A stretch of 64,000 bases of DNA, taken from an uncultured Candidatus Binatia bacterium. Lineage in GTDB: Bacteria; Desulfobacterota; Binatia; UBA9968; CAXXLF01. Position 1 is the stretch's first letter. Each line of letters opens with the position of its first letter. The position numbers and the translations under genes are program-made. Shown in pieces: positions 21,613 through 32,097 of this stretch. Under the pieces are notes generated by a model that saw nothing but the letters and a program-made list of their open reading frames with translations, was not told the origin of the DNA and searched no databases. Location of the stretch: NCBI GenBank assembly GCA_965218425.1, contig OZ244621.1, forward strand, positions 1,856,001 through 1,920,000. The letters run 5' to 3'.

Positions 21613-22422
21613 ATGCCGGTTCTCTCTGTTAGTCCTGCAATTGTATTGCGGACGCGGTCCTTCGGGGAATCCGATAAGATCGTCTCTCTTCTCTCTCGAG
21701 ACTTCGGAAAGGTCACTGGAATCGCCAAGGGTGCGAAGCGGTCGCGGAGGAGGTTCGTCAACACCTTGGAACTGTTCTCGCTGGTCAACCTTCGGTTTCA
21801 AGAACGCGCCCAGAGTTCATTGGTCTTTATTCATGCCTGCGATTGGCTACAGGTCTTTAAGAATTTGACCACTGACCTGGAGAGGATTGCCATGGCGTCG
21901 TACATGGTTGAGATCACCGATGAGCTCACTCGAGAGCGGGAGGAGAGCCGCACCACCTTCGAACATTTAAAGCAAGGGTTGCTCTTTCTTGAGGAACGGG
22001 GCAGTTCGGCATCCTATTTAACCTTTTTTGAGATGAGGCTACTCACGCTATCGGGGTATCAGCCCATGCTAGAAGGATGCCGTAGGTGTGGAAAAAAGAG
22101 ATCCCAATCTAGGGACGCATTCATGGTTAAGGATCCGGAGGAAAACCGTGACTACCTCTCCCGTTGGAGTTTTAGTCCACGGGATGGCGGTATCCTGTGC
22201 CGTTCCTGTCTTCCTTTCAGGCAGGAAACTCTGCCTCTTTCCCAGGAGGCCTTGAACGCCCTGGCCCGGCTTCAAGAACCCGAGGAATGGTTGCTATCTT
22301 TTTCAGACTTGTCCGGTCTCGCTCTCAAGGAAACTCGTTCTATTTTACCTCGTTTCATCCAGTACCAGATTAACAAGGAATTGAAATCGGTTCCCTTTCT
22401 AGAGACATTCCGCATGACTTAG
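21613..22422 (+). CDS. recO: DNA repair protein RecO
   Basis: AIVLR..FGESDKIV...GKV..IAKGAKRSRRRF OB fold; CxxC...CxxC Zn site. Confidence 0.92.
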   Translation: MPVLSVSPAIVLRTRSFGESDKIVSLLSRDFGKVTGIAKGAKRSRRRFVNTLELFSLVNLRFQERAQSSLVFIHACDWLQVFKNLTTDLERIAMASYMVEITDELTREREESRTTFEHLKQGLLFLEERGSSASYLTFFEMRLLTLSGYQPMLEGCRRCGKKRSQSRDAFMVKDPEENRDYLSRWSFSPRDGGILCRSCLPFRQETLPLSQEALNALARLQEPEEWLLSFSDLSGLALKETRSILPRFIQYQINKELKSVPFLETFRMT

Positions 22423-22529
22423 ATTCTTTTCTGATGCAGCGGGAATTCGTTTCCCTCCTTAAGAATAGGGTTCACGGAATGAGACCATTCAAACGGTAGA
22501 GAGGAATCGAGCCGTAAAGAATTTGTACA

Positions 22530-23861
22530 ATGAAAACTAGAGTAACAATGGAAAGCATTGTTAACCTGTGCAAGCGTCGAGGGTTTGTATTTCCCTCCAG
22601 TGAGATCTATGGGGGATTCGCCAGCACGTGGGATTACGGTCCTTTGGGAATTGAGTTGAAACGCAACATCAAAGAGGCCTGGTGGCAGGATATGGTCATG
22701 TCCCGTGAGAATATCGTGGGTATCGAGAGCGCCGCGCTCATGCACCCCAAGGTATGGCAGGCCTCCGGTCACGTGGAAGGATTTGCCGACCCATTGGTGG
22801 ACTGCCGCGCATGTAAACAGCGGTTTCGGGCAGATCATATCGCCGATGGTCTGTGTCCCGGCTGCGGCAGCAAAGACCTAACAGAATCCAGGCAGTTTAA
22901 TCTCATGTTTAAAACCTTTGTGGGTCCGGTGGAAGATGAGGCGGCCACGGCTTATTTGAGGCCGGAGACAGCCCAGGGGATGTTTGTCAATTTTCAGAGC
23001 GTGCTTCAATCCACGAGGATGAGACTGCCCTTTGGCATTGCTCAGGTGGGAAAATCCTTTCGCAACGAAATTACTCCCGGAAATTTTATCTTCCGTACGC
23101 GCGAGTTCGAGCAAATGGAAATGGAGTTCTTTGTCAAACCGGGAATGGACCAACAGTGGTTCGAGTACTGGCGCGAAGAGCGGTTGTCCTGGTACTCTAG
23201 GCAGGGACTAAAAAAGGAAAACCTTCGTTTTCGTCACTATCCAAAGGAGGAGTTGGCCCATTATGCTAAGGCCTGTTCGGACATCGAGTACAATTATCCC
23301 TTCGGCTGGGGAGAGCTTGAAGGAATCGCCAATCGGATGGATTTTGATCTGAAACAGCATATGAACTCCAGTGGAAAGGACCTCACTTATTTTGATGAAG
23401 AGAATCGAGAGCACTACCTTCCCTACGTGATCGAGCCCGCGGTGGGAGTGGACAGAATATTTCTGATCTTGCTGATTGATGCATACGATGAGGATGAAGC
23501 GGAAGGGGAAAAGAGGGTTGTCTTACGTATCCATCCCAAAATGGCACCCATTAAGGCGGGGATCTATCCACTGCTCAGGAAAAATGGACAACCGGAGAAG
23601 GCCCATGAGATTCAAGATATTCTCAAGCGGCACTTTTCCGTGATCTATGATCAAGCGGGCTCCATTGGTCGTCGATACCGCAGGCAAGATGAAGTGGGCA
23701 CCCCCTATGGAATTACGGTGGACCACCAAACCATGAAGGATCAAACCGTAACCCTAAGAGACCGAGACCTTATGACGCAGGTGAGGATCCCTATTGATCG
23801 GCTGGTTGAGGAAATGAGAGGCCGCATTGAGGCGCCCGGTGGAGAGAAGGAAAATGGCTAA
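22530..23861 (+). CDS. glyQS: Glycine--tRNA ligase, homodimeric alpha2 type
   Basis: [56 protein letters not shown]. Confidence 0.95.
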   Translation: MKTRVTMESIVNLCKRRGFVFPSSEIYGGFASTWDYGPLGIELKRNIKEAWWQDMVMSRENIVGIESAALMHPKVWQASGHVEGFADPLVDCRACKQRFRADHIADGLCPGCGSKDLTESRQFNLMFKTFVGPVEDEAATAYLRPETAQGMFVNFQSVLQSTRMRLPFGIAQVGKSFRNEITPGNFIFRTREFEQMEMEFFVKPGMDQQWFEYWREERLSWYSRQGLKKENLRFRHYPKEELAHYAKACSDIEYNYPFGWGELEGIANRMDFDLKQHMNSSGKDLTYFDEENREHYLPYVIEPAVGVDRIFLILLIDAYDEDEAEGEKRVVLRIHPKMAPIKAGIYPLLRKNGQPEKAHEIQDILKRHFSVIYDQAGSIGRRYRRQDEVGTPYGITVDHQTMKDQTVTLRDRDLMTQVRIPIDRLVEEMRGRIEAPGGEKENG

Positions 23862-26571
23862 AGCGAAGAAAAGAGTTTTCTCCTTCGGCGGTGGGAAGTC
23901 GGATGGAAGAGCAACCATGAGGGAACTCCTGGGGGGGAAAGGCGCGGGCCTGCACGAGATGACAAAGATGGGAATACCGGTCCCCCCTGGATTCACCATC
24001 TCCACTGAGGTGTGCGCTTACTTCGATGGCCATGGGGAGCGATATCCAAAAGGATTGGAGAAAGACGTTGCAGGCGCTCTGGGTCGGCTCGAGAAGGATA
24101 TACGAAAGCGGTTTGGGGACCCCGCCAATCCCTTGTTGGTATCCGTTCGATCGGGGGCCCGGGAATCCATGCCTGGTATGATGGACACGGTTTTGAACTT
24201 GGGTCTCAATGATCAAACCGTTCAAGGGCTCATTGCGCGAACCGCAAACCCCCGTTTTGCCTATGATTCGTATCGCCGATTCGTGCAGATGTACGGCGAT
24301 GTGGTCCTGGGTCTCAAACCCACTGGAAGAGACGAACGCGATCCCTTTGAGATTATCCTTGAACGCAAGAAAGAAACCAGGGGAATCCGCTTCGATACCG
24401 AAATGACCGAGGAAGACTTGAAAGAGCTGGTGGCGGAGTTTAAGGCGGAGATCAAGAGTAAGCTGGGAAAGGAATTTCCAGAAGATCCCCAGGAGCAACT
24501 CTGGGGAGCCATAGGGGCGGTGTTCGGCTCGTGGAAAAATGATCGTGCCATTGCCTATCGTGAGCTTTACCATATCCCGCACAGTTGGGGTACGGCAGTG
24601 AACGTTCAGACCATGGTGTTCGGCAATATGGGTGACAAATGCGCCACGGGGGTTGCCTTCACCCGTAACCCTGCCACAGGTGAAAAGCGACTTTATGGCG
24701 AGTTCTTGGTGAACGCCCAAGGTGAAGATGTTGTGGCCGGCGTTCGCACCCCTCGATCCATCGCCGAACTGAAGGACGCTATGCCGAAGGCCCACGGTGA
24801 GTTGGTCCGGCTCTGTAAGGTCTTGGAAAAGCGTTACCAGGAGATGCAGGATATTGAATTCACCATCGAGGACGAGAAGCTCTGGATGCTCCAGACCCGC
24901 GCGGCAAAAAGGACCGGCTTTGCCGCCGTGCGTATCGCGGTGGATATGGTGGAGGAACGGATCATATCGAAGCGGGAGGCGCTGCTTCGGATCGAGGCGG
25001 ATCAATTGAACCAGCTGTTGCAACCCATCTTCGATCACCAGGATAAGCAACGCGCAGGTGAGGAGGGGCTTGTTCTTGCAAAAGGCCTGCCTGCGGGACC
25101 CGGTGCGGCCTCCGGTCGCATAGTCTTTCACGCCGAGGACGCTCAGGAGTGGAAGCAAAGGGGGCAGAAGGTGATCCTTTGCCGCGTGGAGACGAGCCCG
25201 GAAGACATTCGGGGCATGGAGGCGGCCCTGGGAATTCTCACTGCCAGAGGGGGGATGACTTCCCATGCCGCCTTGGTCGCTCGCCAAATGGGCAAGGTTT
25301 GCGTGGTGGGCTGTGACGCCTTGAATATGGATTATGCCGCGCGTGAAATGCGGGTGGGAGATGCGATTCTTCGAGAGGGGGATTGGATCTCGGTGGATGG
25401 GACCACCGGGGAGGTGATCCGCGGCGAGTTGAAGACTCTGCCCTCGGATATCTCTCGGGTGTTGATTGACCGGACTCTGGATCCCAAGGAGACTCGTGTC
25501 TACCAGCAGTTTTCGAAACTCATGAGATGGGCCGACGAGGTCCGAAAGATTGGTGTTAGAACAAACGCCGATCAACCGGGACAGGCAGAGATTACGAGGG
25601 CCTTTGGCGCCGAGGGGATCGGGCTCTGCCGCACGGAACACATGTTTTTTGAGGGAGAGCGCATTAACGCAGTACGAGAAATGATTCTGGCAGGCGACGA
25701 AACCGGGCGGCGCAGGGCACTGGACAAGCTCCTGCCCATCCAAAAGGAAGATTTTAAGGCCATCCTCAAGGTCATGGGAAAATTGCCCGTGACGATTCGA
25801 ACGCTGGATCCACCCCTTCATGAATTCCTGCCGAAGACCGAAGGGGATGTGGAGGAGCTTGCCCGCGCCATTTCCATCCCGGCAGAGGTTCTCCGGGAGA
25901 AGGTAGAAAGCCTTCACGAGATTAACCCGATGCTTGGCCATCGGGGATGCCGTCTCGGTATCTCGTTTCCAGAAATCACAGAAATGCAGGCCCTGGCGAT
26001 TTTTCAGGCCGCCTGCGAGCTACGCAAGGAAGGGAATGATCCGTTTCCAGAGGTGATGATCCCTCTAGTGGGGAGCCAGGAGGAGTTAGGAGCGCAGAGG
26101 GAGATCGTTGAGCGGATTGCCCGACAAACCATGAAAGATTACGGCGTCAGGGTCCGATACATGATTGGGACCATGATTGAGCTCCCGCGTGCCTGTCTGG
26201 TGGCGGACCAAATCGCCCGGCAGGCGGAGTTTTTCTCCTTCGGTACGAACGATTTGACTCAAACCTGCCTTGGACTTTCCAGGGACGATGCCGGGAAGTT
26301 CCTTCCGAGCTACCTTTCCCAGGGACTCATCTCCCAGGACCCCTTTGTGAGTATCGACCGGGAGGGGGTCGGTGCCCTAATGCGCGTGGCCATCGAAAAA
26401 GGCCGCAAGGCACGCCGGACACTGGAGATTGGGGTTTGCGGCGAGCATGGAGGGGACCCCAAATCCGTTGTCTTTTGCCATGAAATCGGCCTGGACTACG
26501 TGAGTTGCTCGCCCTACCGTGTCCCGGTGGCCAAGCTGGCCGCAGCCCAAGCCGCCATCAAGAAAAAGTAA
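23854..26571 (+). CDS. ppdK: Pyruvate, phosphate dikinase
   Basis: [19 protein letters not shown] (phospho-His), [24 protein letters not shown]. Confidence 0.97.
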   Translation: MAKAKKRVFSFGGGKSDGRATMRELLGGKGAGLHEMTKMGIPVPPGFTISTEVCAYFDGHGERYPKGLEKDVAGALGRLEKDIRKRFGDPANPLLVSVRSGARESMPGMMDTVLNLGLNDQTVQGLIARTANPRFAYDSYRRFVQMYGDVVLGLKPTGRDERDPFEIILERKKETRGIRFDTEMTEEDLKELVAEFKAEIKSKLGKEFPEDPQEQLWGAIGAVFGSWKNDRAIAYRELYHIPHSWGTAVNVQTMVFGNMGDKCATGVAFTRNPATGEKRLYGEFLVNAQGEDVVAGVRTPRSIAELKDAMPKAHGELVRLCKVLEKRYQEMQDIEFTIEDEKLWMLQTRAAKRTGFAAVRIAVDMVEERIISKREALLRIEADQLNQLLQPIFDHQDKQRAGEEGLVLAKGLPAGPGAASGRIVFHAEDAQEWKQRGQKVILCRVETSPEDIRGMEAALGILTARGGMTSHAALVARQMGKVCVVGCDALNMDYAAREMRVGDAILREGDWISVDGTTGEVIRGELKTLPSDISRVLIDRTLDPKETRVYQQFSKLMRWADEVRKIGVRTNADQPGQAEITRAFGAEGIGLCRTEHMFFEGERINAVREMILAGDETGRRRALDKLLPIQKEDFKAILKVMGKLPVTIRTLDPPLHEFLPKTEGDVEELARAISIPAEVLREKVESLHEINPMLGHRGCRLGISFPEITEMQALAIFQAACELRKEGNDPFPEVMIPLVGSQEELGAQREIVERIARQTMKDYGVRVRYMIGTMIELPRACLVADQIARQAEFFSFGTNDLTQTCLGLSRDDAGKFLPSYLSQGLISQDPFVSIDREGVGALMRVAIEKGRKARRTLEIGVCGEHGGDPKSVVFCHEIGLDYVSCSPYRVPVAKLAAAQAAIKKK

Positions 26572-26822
26572 ACGTAGTGACGGATTGGTTCGATGTGGTT
26601 AACTCATTGTTCGTCATCCGTCGCAACGATGCTAAGAAGCAGTATCGCGAGGATTGTAGAATTCTTGGGGATGGTTAATGGCTGTACGGTGCCCTTTTTA
26701 GGTGGGTTCGTATGGGGTCGTGGTGACGGTAGAATTAGCCGGACCGGTGAAACGGTGGGGGGTGACGCCTGGAACCAATTCCCGCTTACCCAGAGCTGCG
26801 GCTATAGTCGGGCATTCGGAAC

Positions 26823-27032
26823 CTATTCGTGCTTGGCGCCCGGTTTCTCCTCTTTGATAAACGCATGGACCAGCCGGGGAACGGCGCCGCAGCTAAAACA
26901 CTTGGGGGATTCGGGCTTGGTTCCGTCCGGGTATCGCATGAACTTTAGATAGAAAGGCTTCTCGGTTCCGACGTAGTCGTCGTAGTAAAACGCAATCTTT
27001 TTGCATTCGCTGCACTCAAGGAATTTAGCCAT
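26823..27032 (-). CDS. Small hypothetical Zn-finger protein (CxxC...CxxC)
   Basis: CSEC and CFSC pairs; AGAAAGG RBS; starts 20 nt after the cupin stop codon. Confidence 0.65.
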   Translation of the reverse strand: MAKFLECSECKKIAFYYDDYVGTEKPFYLKFMRYPDGTKPESPKCFSCGAVPRLVHAFIKEEKPGAKHE

Positions 27033-27052
27033 GGGCGCCTTTCTCGCTAGCG

Positions 27053-28153
27053 TCAATTTTCAAACTTGCCCGTAACCTTTTGATGACCTTCGTTCTCCTC
27101 ATAGGGCTCCTCACGGTATAAGCCTAGGGCCTTCGTGACAGGGGTGTCCTGAATGGAGAAGAGGATCGCTTCCTGCTGGTCTTCATTGGCATGTTCATGC
27201 CAGGCCCAAGGGGGCACCACAAAGAAATCTCCTTGCTCCCAGTCGAACCGCCGGCCGTTGATGATGGTGTAGCCGCTTCCCTCGAAGGCATGGTACACGG
27301 CGCTGTTCACTTGCCGGTGGGCCTTGGTGTGGACTCCAGCCCTAATGGCTTGAATATAACAGCCCATGGTCGGGAGAACGGGTCCACCCGTGTTGGGATT
27401 CAGATACTCGAAACAGACATCGTCGTAGGGGCTCGCCGGCCTCTCGCCAATCTTCTTTAGCGCCTCGTAGGTGGGCTCCCACTTGTAGTTGAGAAGAGGC
27501 GGAATATCCTGTACCGGTTTTTCCCAGGTGGGCCTGAGTTGAGGCCCGCCGAATTTGCTTTCGGAATCGTTGAGCAGCGTTATGGGGTAGCGTGACTCCT
27601 GGTAAGGCTGAAAAAAAATCGCATCCAGGTCCCCCACCAATGGAAGGTCCAGGCCGTCCATCCAGATCATGGGCTTATCGGATTCGCATCCGTGGTCATG
27701 CCATGTCCAGTTTGGAGTCAGCACCAGGTCCCCTCGGCTCATGACGCACTTGTCGCCGTTGACGTTGGTATAAGAACGGTCTCCCTCGATAATGAAGCGG
27801 ATTGCCGAAGCCGTGTGCCGGTGGGCTGGAGCGATCTCTCCCGGCTTCACGATCTGCACGGCCCCCCATAGGGTATGGGTGGCAGCGTACTTGCCGCCAA
27901 GCCCCGGGTTCACCAGTGCCAGGACCCTTCTCTCGCCACCGCGCTCGATAGGCACCAGTTCTGCCGCACGATAGGCCAGATCCCGTAAATCGGCCCATTT
28001 CCAGAGGAAGGGTTTCACCTTGGTCCGCGGTTCCGCCGGCAGGAGGCGGGAGGTGATGTTCCACAGGGGAATCAGGTGTTTGTTTTCTACCTCATTGTAG
28101 AACTTTTCTTCCTCTTTGAGTTTACCGTTGACAGCCACTTTGCTTTCGGCCAT
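27053..28153 (-). CDS. Gentisate 1,2-dioxygenase-like bicupin ring-cleavage dioxygenase
   Basis: ERRVL.L.NPG, APAHRH...AIRF, TPNWTWHDH, DGLDLP, second cupin PPWAWHEH. Confidence 0.88.
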   Translation of the reverse strand: MAESKVAVNGKLKEEEKFYNEVENKHLIPLWNITSRLLPAEPRTKVKPFLWKWADLRDLAYRAAELVPIERGGERRVLALVNPGLGGKYAATHTLWGAVQIVKPGEIAPAHRHTASAIRFIIEGDRSYTNVNGDKCVMSRGDLVLTPNWTWHDHGCESDKPMIWMDGLDLPLVGDLDAIFFQPYQESRYPITLLNDSESKFGGPQLRPTWEKPVQDIPPLLNYKWEPTYEALKKIGERPASPYDDVCFEYLNPNTGGPVLPTMGCYIQAIRAGVHTKAHRQVNSAVYHAFEGSGYTIINGRRFDWEQGDFFVVPPWAWHEHANEDQQEAILFSIQDTPVTKALGLYREEPYEENEGHQKVTGKFEN

Positions 28154-28326
28154 GGCGTCCCTCCAGTGGGAAAGATAGCAGAATAGAAATTGCCTTTCCA
28201 GGGTCCGGTTGAAGCGGAACCAGTAATTTAATTCCCCTGCTGTGATTCATTTCCACTGAGCTTTCCCTAGTAACGAACCGCCGAGTAAGACTCGACTCAT
28301 AGGTTCGATGCGGTTAATTGGGGACC

Positions 28327-28390
28327 ATGGAGGATTTTGATGTTATTACCTTCGGTTGCTACGGGACTTTAATCCATTGGGAGGAGCGGA
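28327..28390 (+). pseudogene. N-terminal remnant of a haloacid dehalogenase (HAD type II)
   Basis: DFDVITFGCYGTLIHWE versus consensus TFDCYGTLIDWE; catalytic Asp lost and similarity ends after about 20 codons. Confidence 0.55.
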
Positions 28391-28602
28391 ATGAGGGTGA
28401 AGGTCGTGGGCATCGAACGTTCGGCTTCAGATATCCAAAGGCCTGTTGCCTACGGCCTGAGGCTCGTTCCCCGAGGAAAGTTTTAGTGTTCTCGCAAACA
28501 CTTTTTTTCAATGCGTTGTTAGAAAAATTCGGTTTGAGAATGAAGGCTCGGGGGCCTGCCCCTTAGCGGGAGCCGGAAGTGTTGATTGATGTGACGGCGT
28601 GC

Positions 28603-29544
28603 CTAGAGACCCGGTATGCTGTTCAGTTTGATGTTTTTCTTTTGGACCTGGTCCCAAACGTAACGGGCCACAGCCAAATCCTCGTCGGCTATTCCATTTG
28701 ATTGGAAAAGGATTCTTTTCCCCCGACCCGTGGGCCCTTCGCCGCCGACTATTCTTTCCAGGGGTATGATGTCCTCCCATCGGGTCAACCCCGCTTCGCA
28801 TGCCTCCACTAGATCGCCGCTGCCATATTGTGCTGTGGGAATGTCGTCGGTCACCACGAGATCCATTCGCCGGATGAGATTCGTTGAGATCTCGTGTTTG
28901 GCGGTGGCGTTTGCCCCCATGGTGATGACCAGCACCTCGTCCTTCAGATGACCGCCGTCCGTGATGGATGTGGTGGAGTCCGTGGCCAACACAAAGACGT
29001 CCGATTCTTTTTCCACTGCCTCGATGGACGGTGATTCTTTTAGCTCCACAGGAATCACTGTGCTCAATTGCCGGACAAAGTCCGTTCTTCTCTCTGAATT
29101 GCGTCCGTAGACCAGCACCTGGCGGACGTTGCAGGCGCTCACGATGGCCTCTACCTGGTAGGTGGCTTGCTTGCCCGTTCCCACGAGTCCGAGGACATTG
29201 GTGCTCTTGGGAGCGAGATATTTCGCCGCCACTCCGCTGGCGGCCCCAGTGCGCAAACTGCTAAGGTACCGTGCGTTAAGGATCAGGCTCAGCTCACCTG
29301 ATTGTCCGTTGTATAGGGTAATCGTATTGGCTCCGCCCATATAGGCCCTCAGGGCGACTAAATCCCAATCCGCCTGCCATGCGGCCATGACGTTGAGTTG
29401 GCGGGAGCCGCTCCTCAGCCTCCTTCTGGGAAGACTCCTTACCTTTCCCTCGGCCCGGTCTTTGAACATTTTTTCCACTACCGTGAGAGCCTGGCTCATT
29501 TGGATCAGTTCTCTCGTCTCTTTTTCTCCAATTACCAGGGCCAT
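28603..29544 (-). CDS. Ornithine cyclodeaminase/mu-crystallin family protein
   Basis: LRTGAASGVAAKYLA, GTGKQA Rossmann motif, F.SNG...DLA. Confidence 0.88.
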   Translation of the reverse strand: MALVIGEKETRELIQMSQALTVVEKMFKDRAEGKVRSLPRRRLRSGSRQLNVMAAWQADWDLVALRAYMGGANTITLYNGQSGELSLILNARYLSSLRTGAASGVAAKYLAPKSTNVLGLVGTGKQATYQVEAIVSACNVRQVLVYGRNSERRTDFVRQLSTVIPVELKESPSIEAVEKESDVFVLATDSTTSITDGGHLKDEVLVITMGANATAKHEISTNLIRRMDLVVTDDIPTAQYGSGDLVEACEAGLTRWEDIIPLERIVGGEGPTGRGKRILFQSNGIADEDLAVARYVWDQVQKKNIKLNSIPGL

Positions 29545-29591
29545 CTTGCCTCCCTTTAATTTCCTCTTATCCTACGGTTTTATTCATAGAT

Positions 29592-30935
29592 TTAAGCGGC
29601 GCCGGGCTCTGGTTCGTCCTGGATCAGCTCGCCATGATCGATTTTGTTGATCACGAGACCGCTCAGGATCTTGGGATAAAAATAGGTGGACTTCTGAGGC
29701 ATTTTCTCTCCGCCCAGTGCAATGGCTAAAATCTCCTGGGCCCGTGGCGGGCCTAGGATAAACGCCGCCTTGTACTCTCCCTTTTCCACCGCCTTCAGTG
29801 CTTCCTCTTCATCTTGCGGGTAGCTGATGGCGTCGCCCATGACCTGCCTCTCGGGCGCGAGCCCGAGAACTTGTTCAAGGATTAAATGGTGCAGGATCGT
29901 CACGTCCAGTTCCAGCAGCGCAGCGCTCATTTCCTTGCCTAGGTTTTGCATGGCCTTTTTGTTTTTCAAGCGGAGAATGAGATAGCGGGGATCCCCCTTG
30001 AAGGATGCGCCGATAAGCCGGTGTTTTTTCCCTCCCTTTTGCAGCTCCTGAAGAAACGAGCGCCTCCCATCCTGGTTCTTGGGAAACTGGTCAACGTTGA
30101 AGTATTTTTGCAGCGATCCCTCCAATTGTAAAAACGGCATGGAGTCAAAGTCTCTGACGAGTCGATGGGTAGGAAGAATCACCAATCCGTCCTCGGTCAT
30201 GTTGGAGAAATACATCATCACATAGTTGTAAGCCTCTCGACCGGTCCATTGGGATTGCTCGGCGCGCAGCTGGTTGCGGTAATTCATGGCCGCCTCGTAT
30301 CGATGATGCCCGTCGGCGATGAGTAGAGGCTGGTCCTGCATCTGCCGTTGAACCTGGCCAATGATGTCAGAGTCGGTGATTTGCCAGAGGGTGGAAGATC
30401 CCTTGCCCTCTTCTTTGACGTGAATGTCAGGGGAAACCCCCCGGACGTGTTCTTCCAGCGCTTCGGTAATGGTCTGCCTCGGCTGCGAATAAAGGCCAAA
30501 GATGGGACTCAAGTTGGCCTTGCAGGCATGGAGGAGGTTCATCCTGTCGTCCCGGGGGCCTTGAAAAGTGTTCTCGTGGGGATGAATGCTTCCGTCGGAA
30601 AAGTCTTCAATCCGAGTGAGGGCAATAAATCCCAAGCGCTCTATTTGTTTACCGTTCTTCAGGGGGAAACGCTGACTCAAAAAATAGATGGCCGGCTGAT
30701 CGGCCCGAACCAAGACGTCATCGGTTTGCCACTGCTCGAAAAGGCGGGCCGCCTCATCGTAGGGGTTGGGCTCTTGATTGAGAATGAGCCGCACGACGTT
30801 GTGGGGTGATTTCCGGTGGAGTCTTTCCTGCTCATGGGCTGAAATTACGTCGTAGGGAGGAGCCACCACCTTGGATGGGTCGCGAACTTTTTTGGAATTA
30901 TAGAGGATGCCGCGGAATGGGGCGATGCGTACCAT
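29592..30935 (-). CDS. DUF1015 family protein
   Basis: PFRG, PPYDVI, PHENT, IADGHHRYE, PTHR, MPQKSTYFYPK. Confidence 0.9.
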   Translation of the reverse strand: MVRIAPFRGILYNSKKVRDPSKVVAPPYDVISAHEQERLHRKSPHNVVRLILNQEPNPYDEAARLFEQWQTDDVLVRADQPAIYFLSQRFPLKNGKQIERLGFIALTRIEDFSDGSIHPHENTFQGPRDDRMNLLHACKANLSPIFGLYSQPRQTITEALEEHVRGVSPDIHVKEEGKGSSTLWQITDSDIIGQVQRQMQDQPLLIADGHHRYEAAMNYRNQLRAEQSQWTGREAYNYVMMYFSNMTEDGLVILPTHRLVRDFDSMPFLQLEGSLQKYFNVDQFPKNQDGRRSFLQELQKGGKKHRLIGASFKGDPRYLILRLKNKKAMQNLGKEMSAALLELDVTILHHLILEQVLGLAPERQVMGDAISYPQDEEEALKAVEKGEYKAAFILGPPRAQEILAIALGGEKMPQKSTYFYPKILSGLVINKIDHGELIQDEPEPGAA

Positions 30936-30971
30936 TGTAGTTTTGTTACTCGGCAGGTGTGGGAAGCCGGC

Positions 30972-31628
30972 TTAGCGAGAGTTTGCCAAGGTTCCGTCCA
31001 ACTCCTGCGAGCTGATTTCTCCTTCCCGAATGATTTTGTATTGGTCTCCATGACATTCCACAATGGTGGATCCCTTTTTGCCCGTGAGTTCTCCAGCGTC
31101 GATGAAAATTCTAAGATTGTCGGCAAAATACGCCTGAGCCTTTGCGATAGTTCTTGCCGGTTCGGCGCCCGAAGGGTTGGCGCTGGTTGCAGTGATGGGG
31201 TAGCCCAAGCCACGGACCAGGGCGGAGGCAATCGGATGACTTGAAACCCGCACCCCGATACCCCCGTGGGGGTTGCAAAGTAGCGGTGAAAGCCCTTTCT
31301 TGGCTGGAAGGACCAGGGTCAGAGGCCCCGGCCAAAAGTGTTGCATGAGTCTTTCCGCTATGGGCGGAAAATCCTTGGTAACCTCTTTGAGCATGTCCAT
31401 GTCCGCAATGATCAACGCAATGGGATTTTTTGCATCTCGGCCCTTGAGGTTTGCGACCCGCTCCACCGCGTCCTCATGGAGGGCATTGGCCCCCAATCCG
31501 TAAAAGGTCTCGGTGGGAAATACAATAACCTCCCCGGATCTCAGGGCCGTCACGGCCCGACCCGACACCGTGGGACTATTTGTTTTGCTAGCTGTTGAGA
31601 TTTCGGTCCTTCTCTTCGACACCTGCAA
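30972..31628 (-). CDS. tsaC: L-threonylcarbamoyladenylate synthase (TsaC/YrdC)
   Basis: [13 protein letters not shown]...P, FWPGPLT, TSANPSG, STIV, REG. Confidence 0.92.
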   Translation of the reverse strand: MQVSKRRTEISTASKTNSPTVSGRAVTALRSGEVIVFPTETFYGLGANALHEDAVERVANLKGRDAKNPIALIIADMDMLKEVTKDFPPIAERLMQHFWPGPLTLVLPAKKGLSPLLCNPHGGIGVRVSSHPIASALVRGLGYPITATSANPSGAEPARTIAKAQAYFADNLRIFIDAGELTGKKGSTIVECHGDQYKIIREGEISSQELDGTLANSR

Positions 31629-32097
31629 CCAGTTCTTCTTTCAGCTGTGCCAATTTAGCGGAAACCCGAGAGTCGTTGCGGGCAATTATTTGCGCAGCCA
31701 GTATTCCGGCATTGGCGGAGCCCGCCTTGCCGATCGCCATGGTGGCCACCGGCACTCCCGCGGGCATTTGCACCGTGGCCAGCAGGGCGTCCATGCCCTT
31801 GAGTGGCGAGCTATCGATGGGAACTCCGATGACGGGTAACGTCGTGTGCGCGGCCACTACGCCTGCCAGATGGGCCGCCGCTCCGGCCCCCACAATGATG
31901 ACCTCCAGGCCTCTTTGCCGTGCGGAGCTTGCGTAGCCCGCGGTAAGGGCAGGAGAGCGGTGGGCGGAGAGGACTCTCGTTTCATGGGGGATACCAAAAT
32001 AATCGAGCCGCTTTTCCGCCTCTCGCATCACCTCGAGATCGGAGTCGCTGCCCATCAAGATTCCCACCTTGGGTTGGTTTGCGGAATTTGCTTTCAC
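31588..32097 (-). CDS. purE: N5-carboxyaminoimidazole ribonucleotide mutase
   Basis: [38 protein letters not shown] start overlaps the purD TGA. Confidence 0.95.
   Translation of the reverse strand: MKANSANQPKVGILMGSDSDLEVMREAEKRLDYFGIPHETRVLSAHRSPALTAGYASSARQRGLEVIIVGAGAAAHLAGVVAAHTTLPVIGVPIDSSPLKGMDALLATVQMPAGVPVATMAIGKAGSANAGILAAQIIARNDSRVSAKLAQLKEELVAGVEEKDRNLNS

Noticed and set aside
23791..25941. 716-aa minus-strand ORF
   Set aside because: Antisense shadow of ppdK; no recognisable motifs
26572..26820. Possible ncRNA after ppdK (GACGGAT/ATCCGTC stem)
   Set aside because: Only a short stem between convergent genes; no recognisable RNA family
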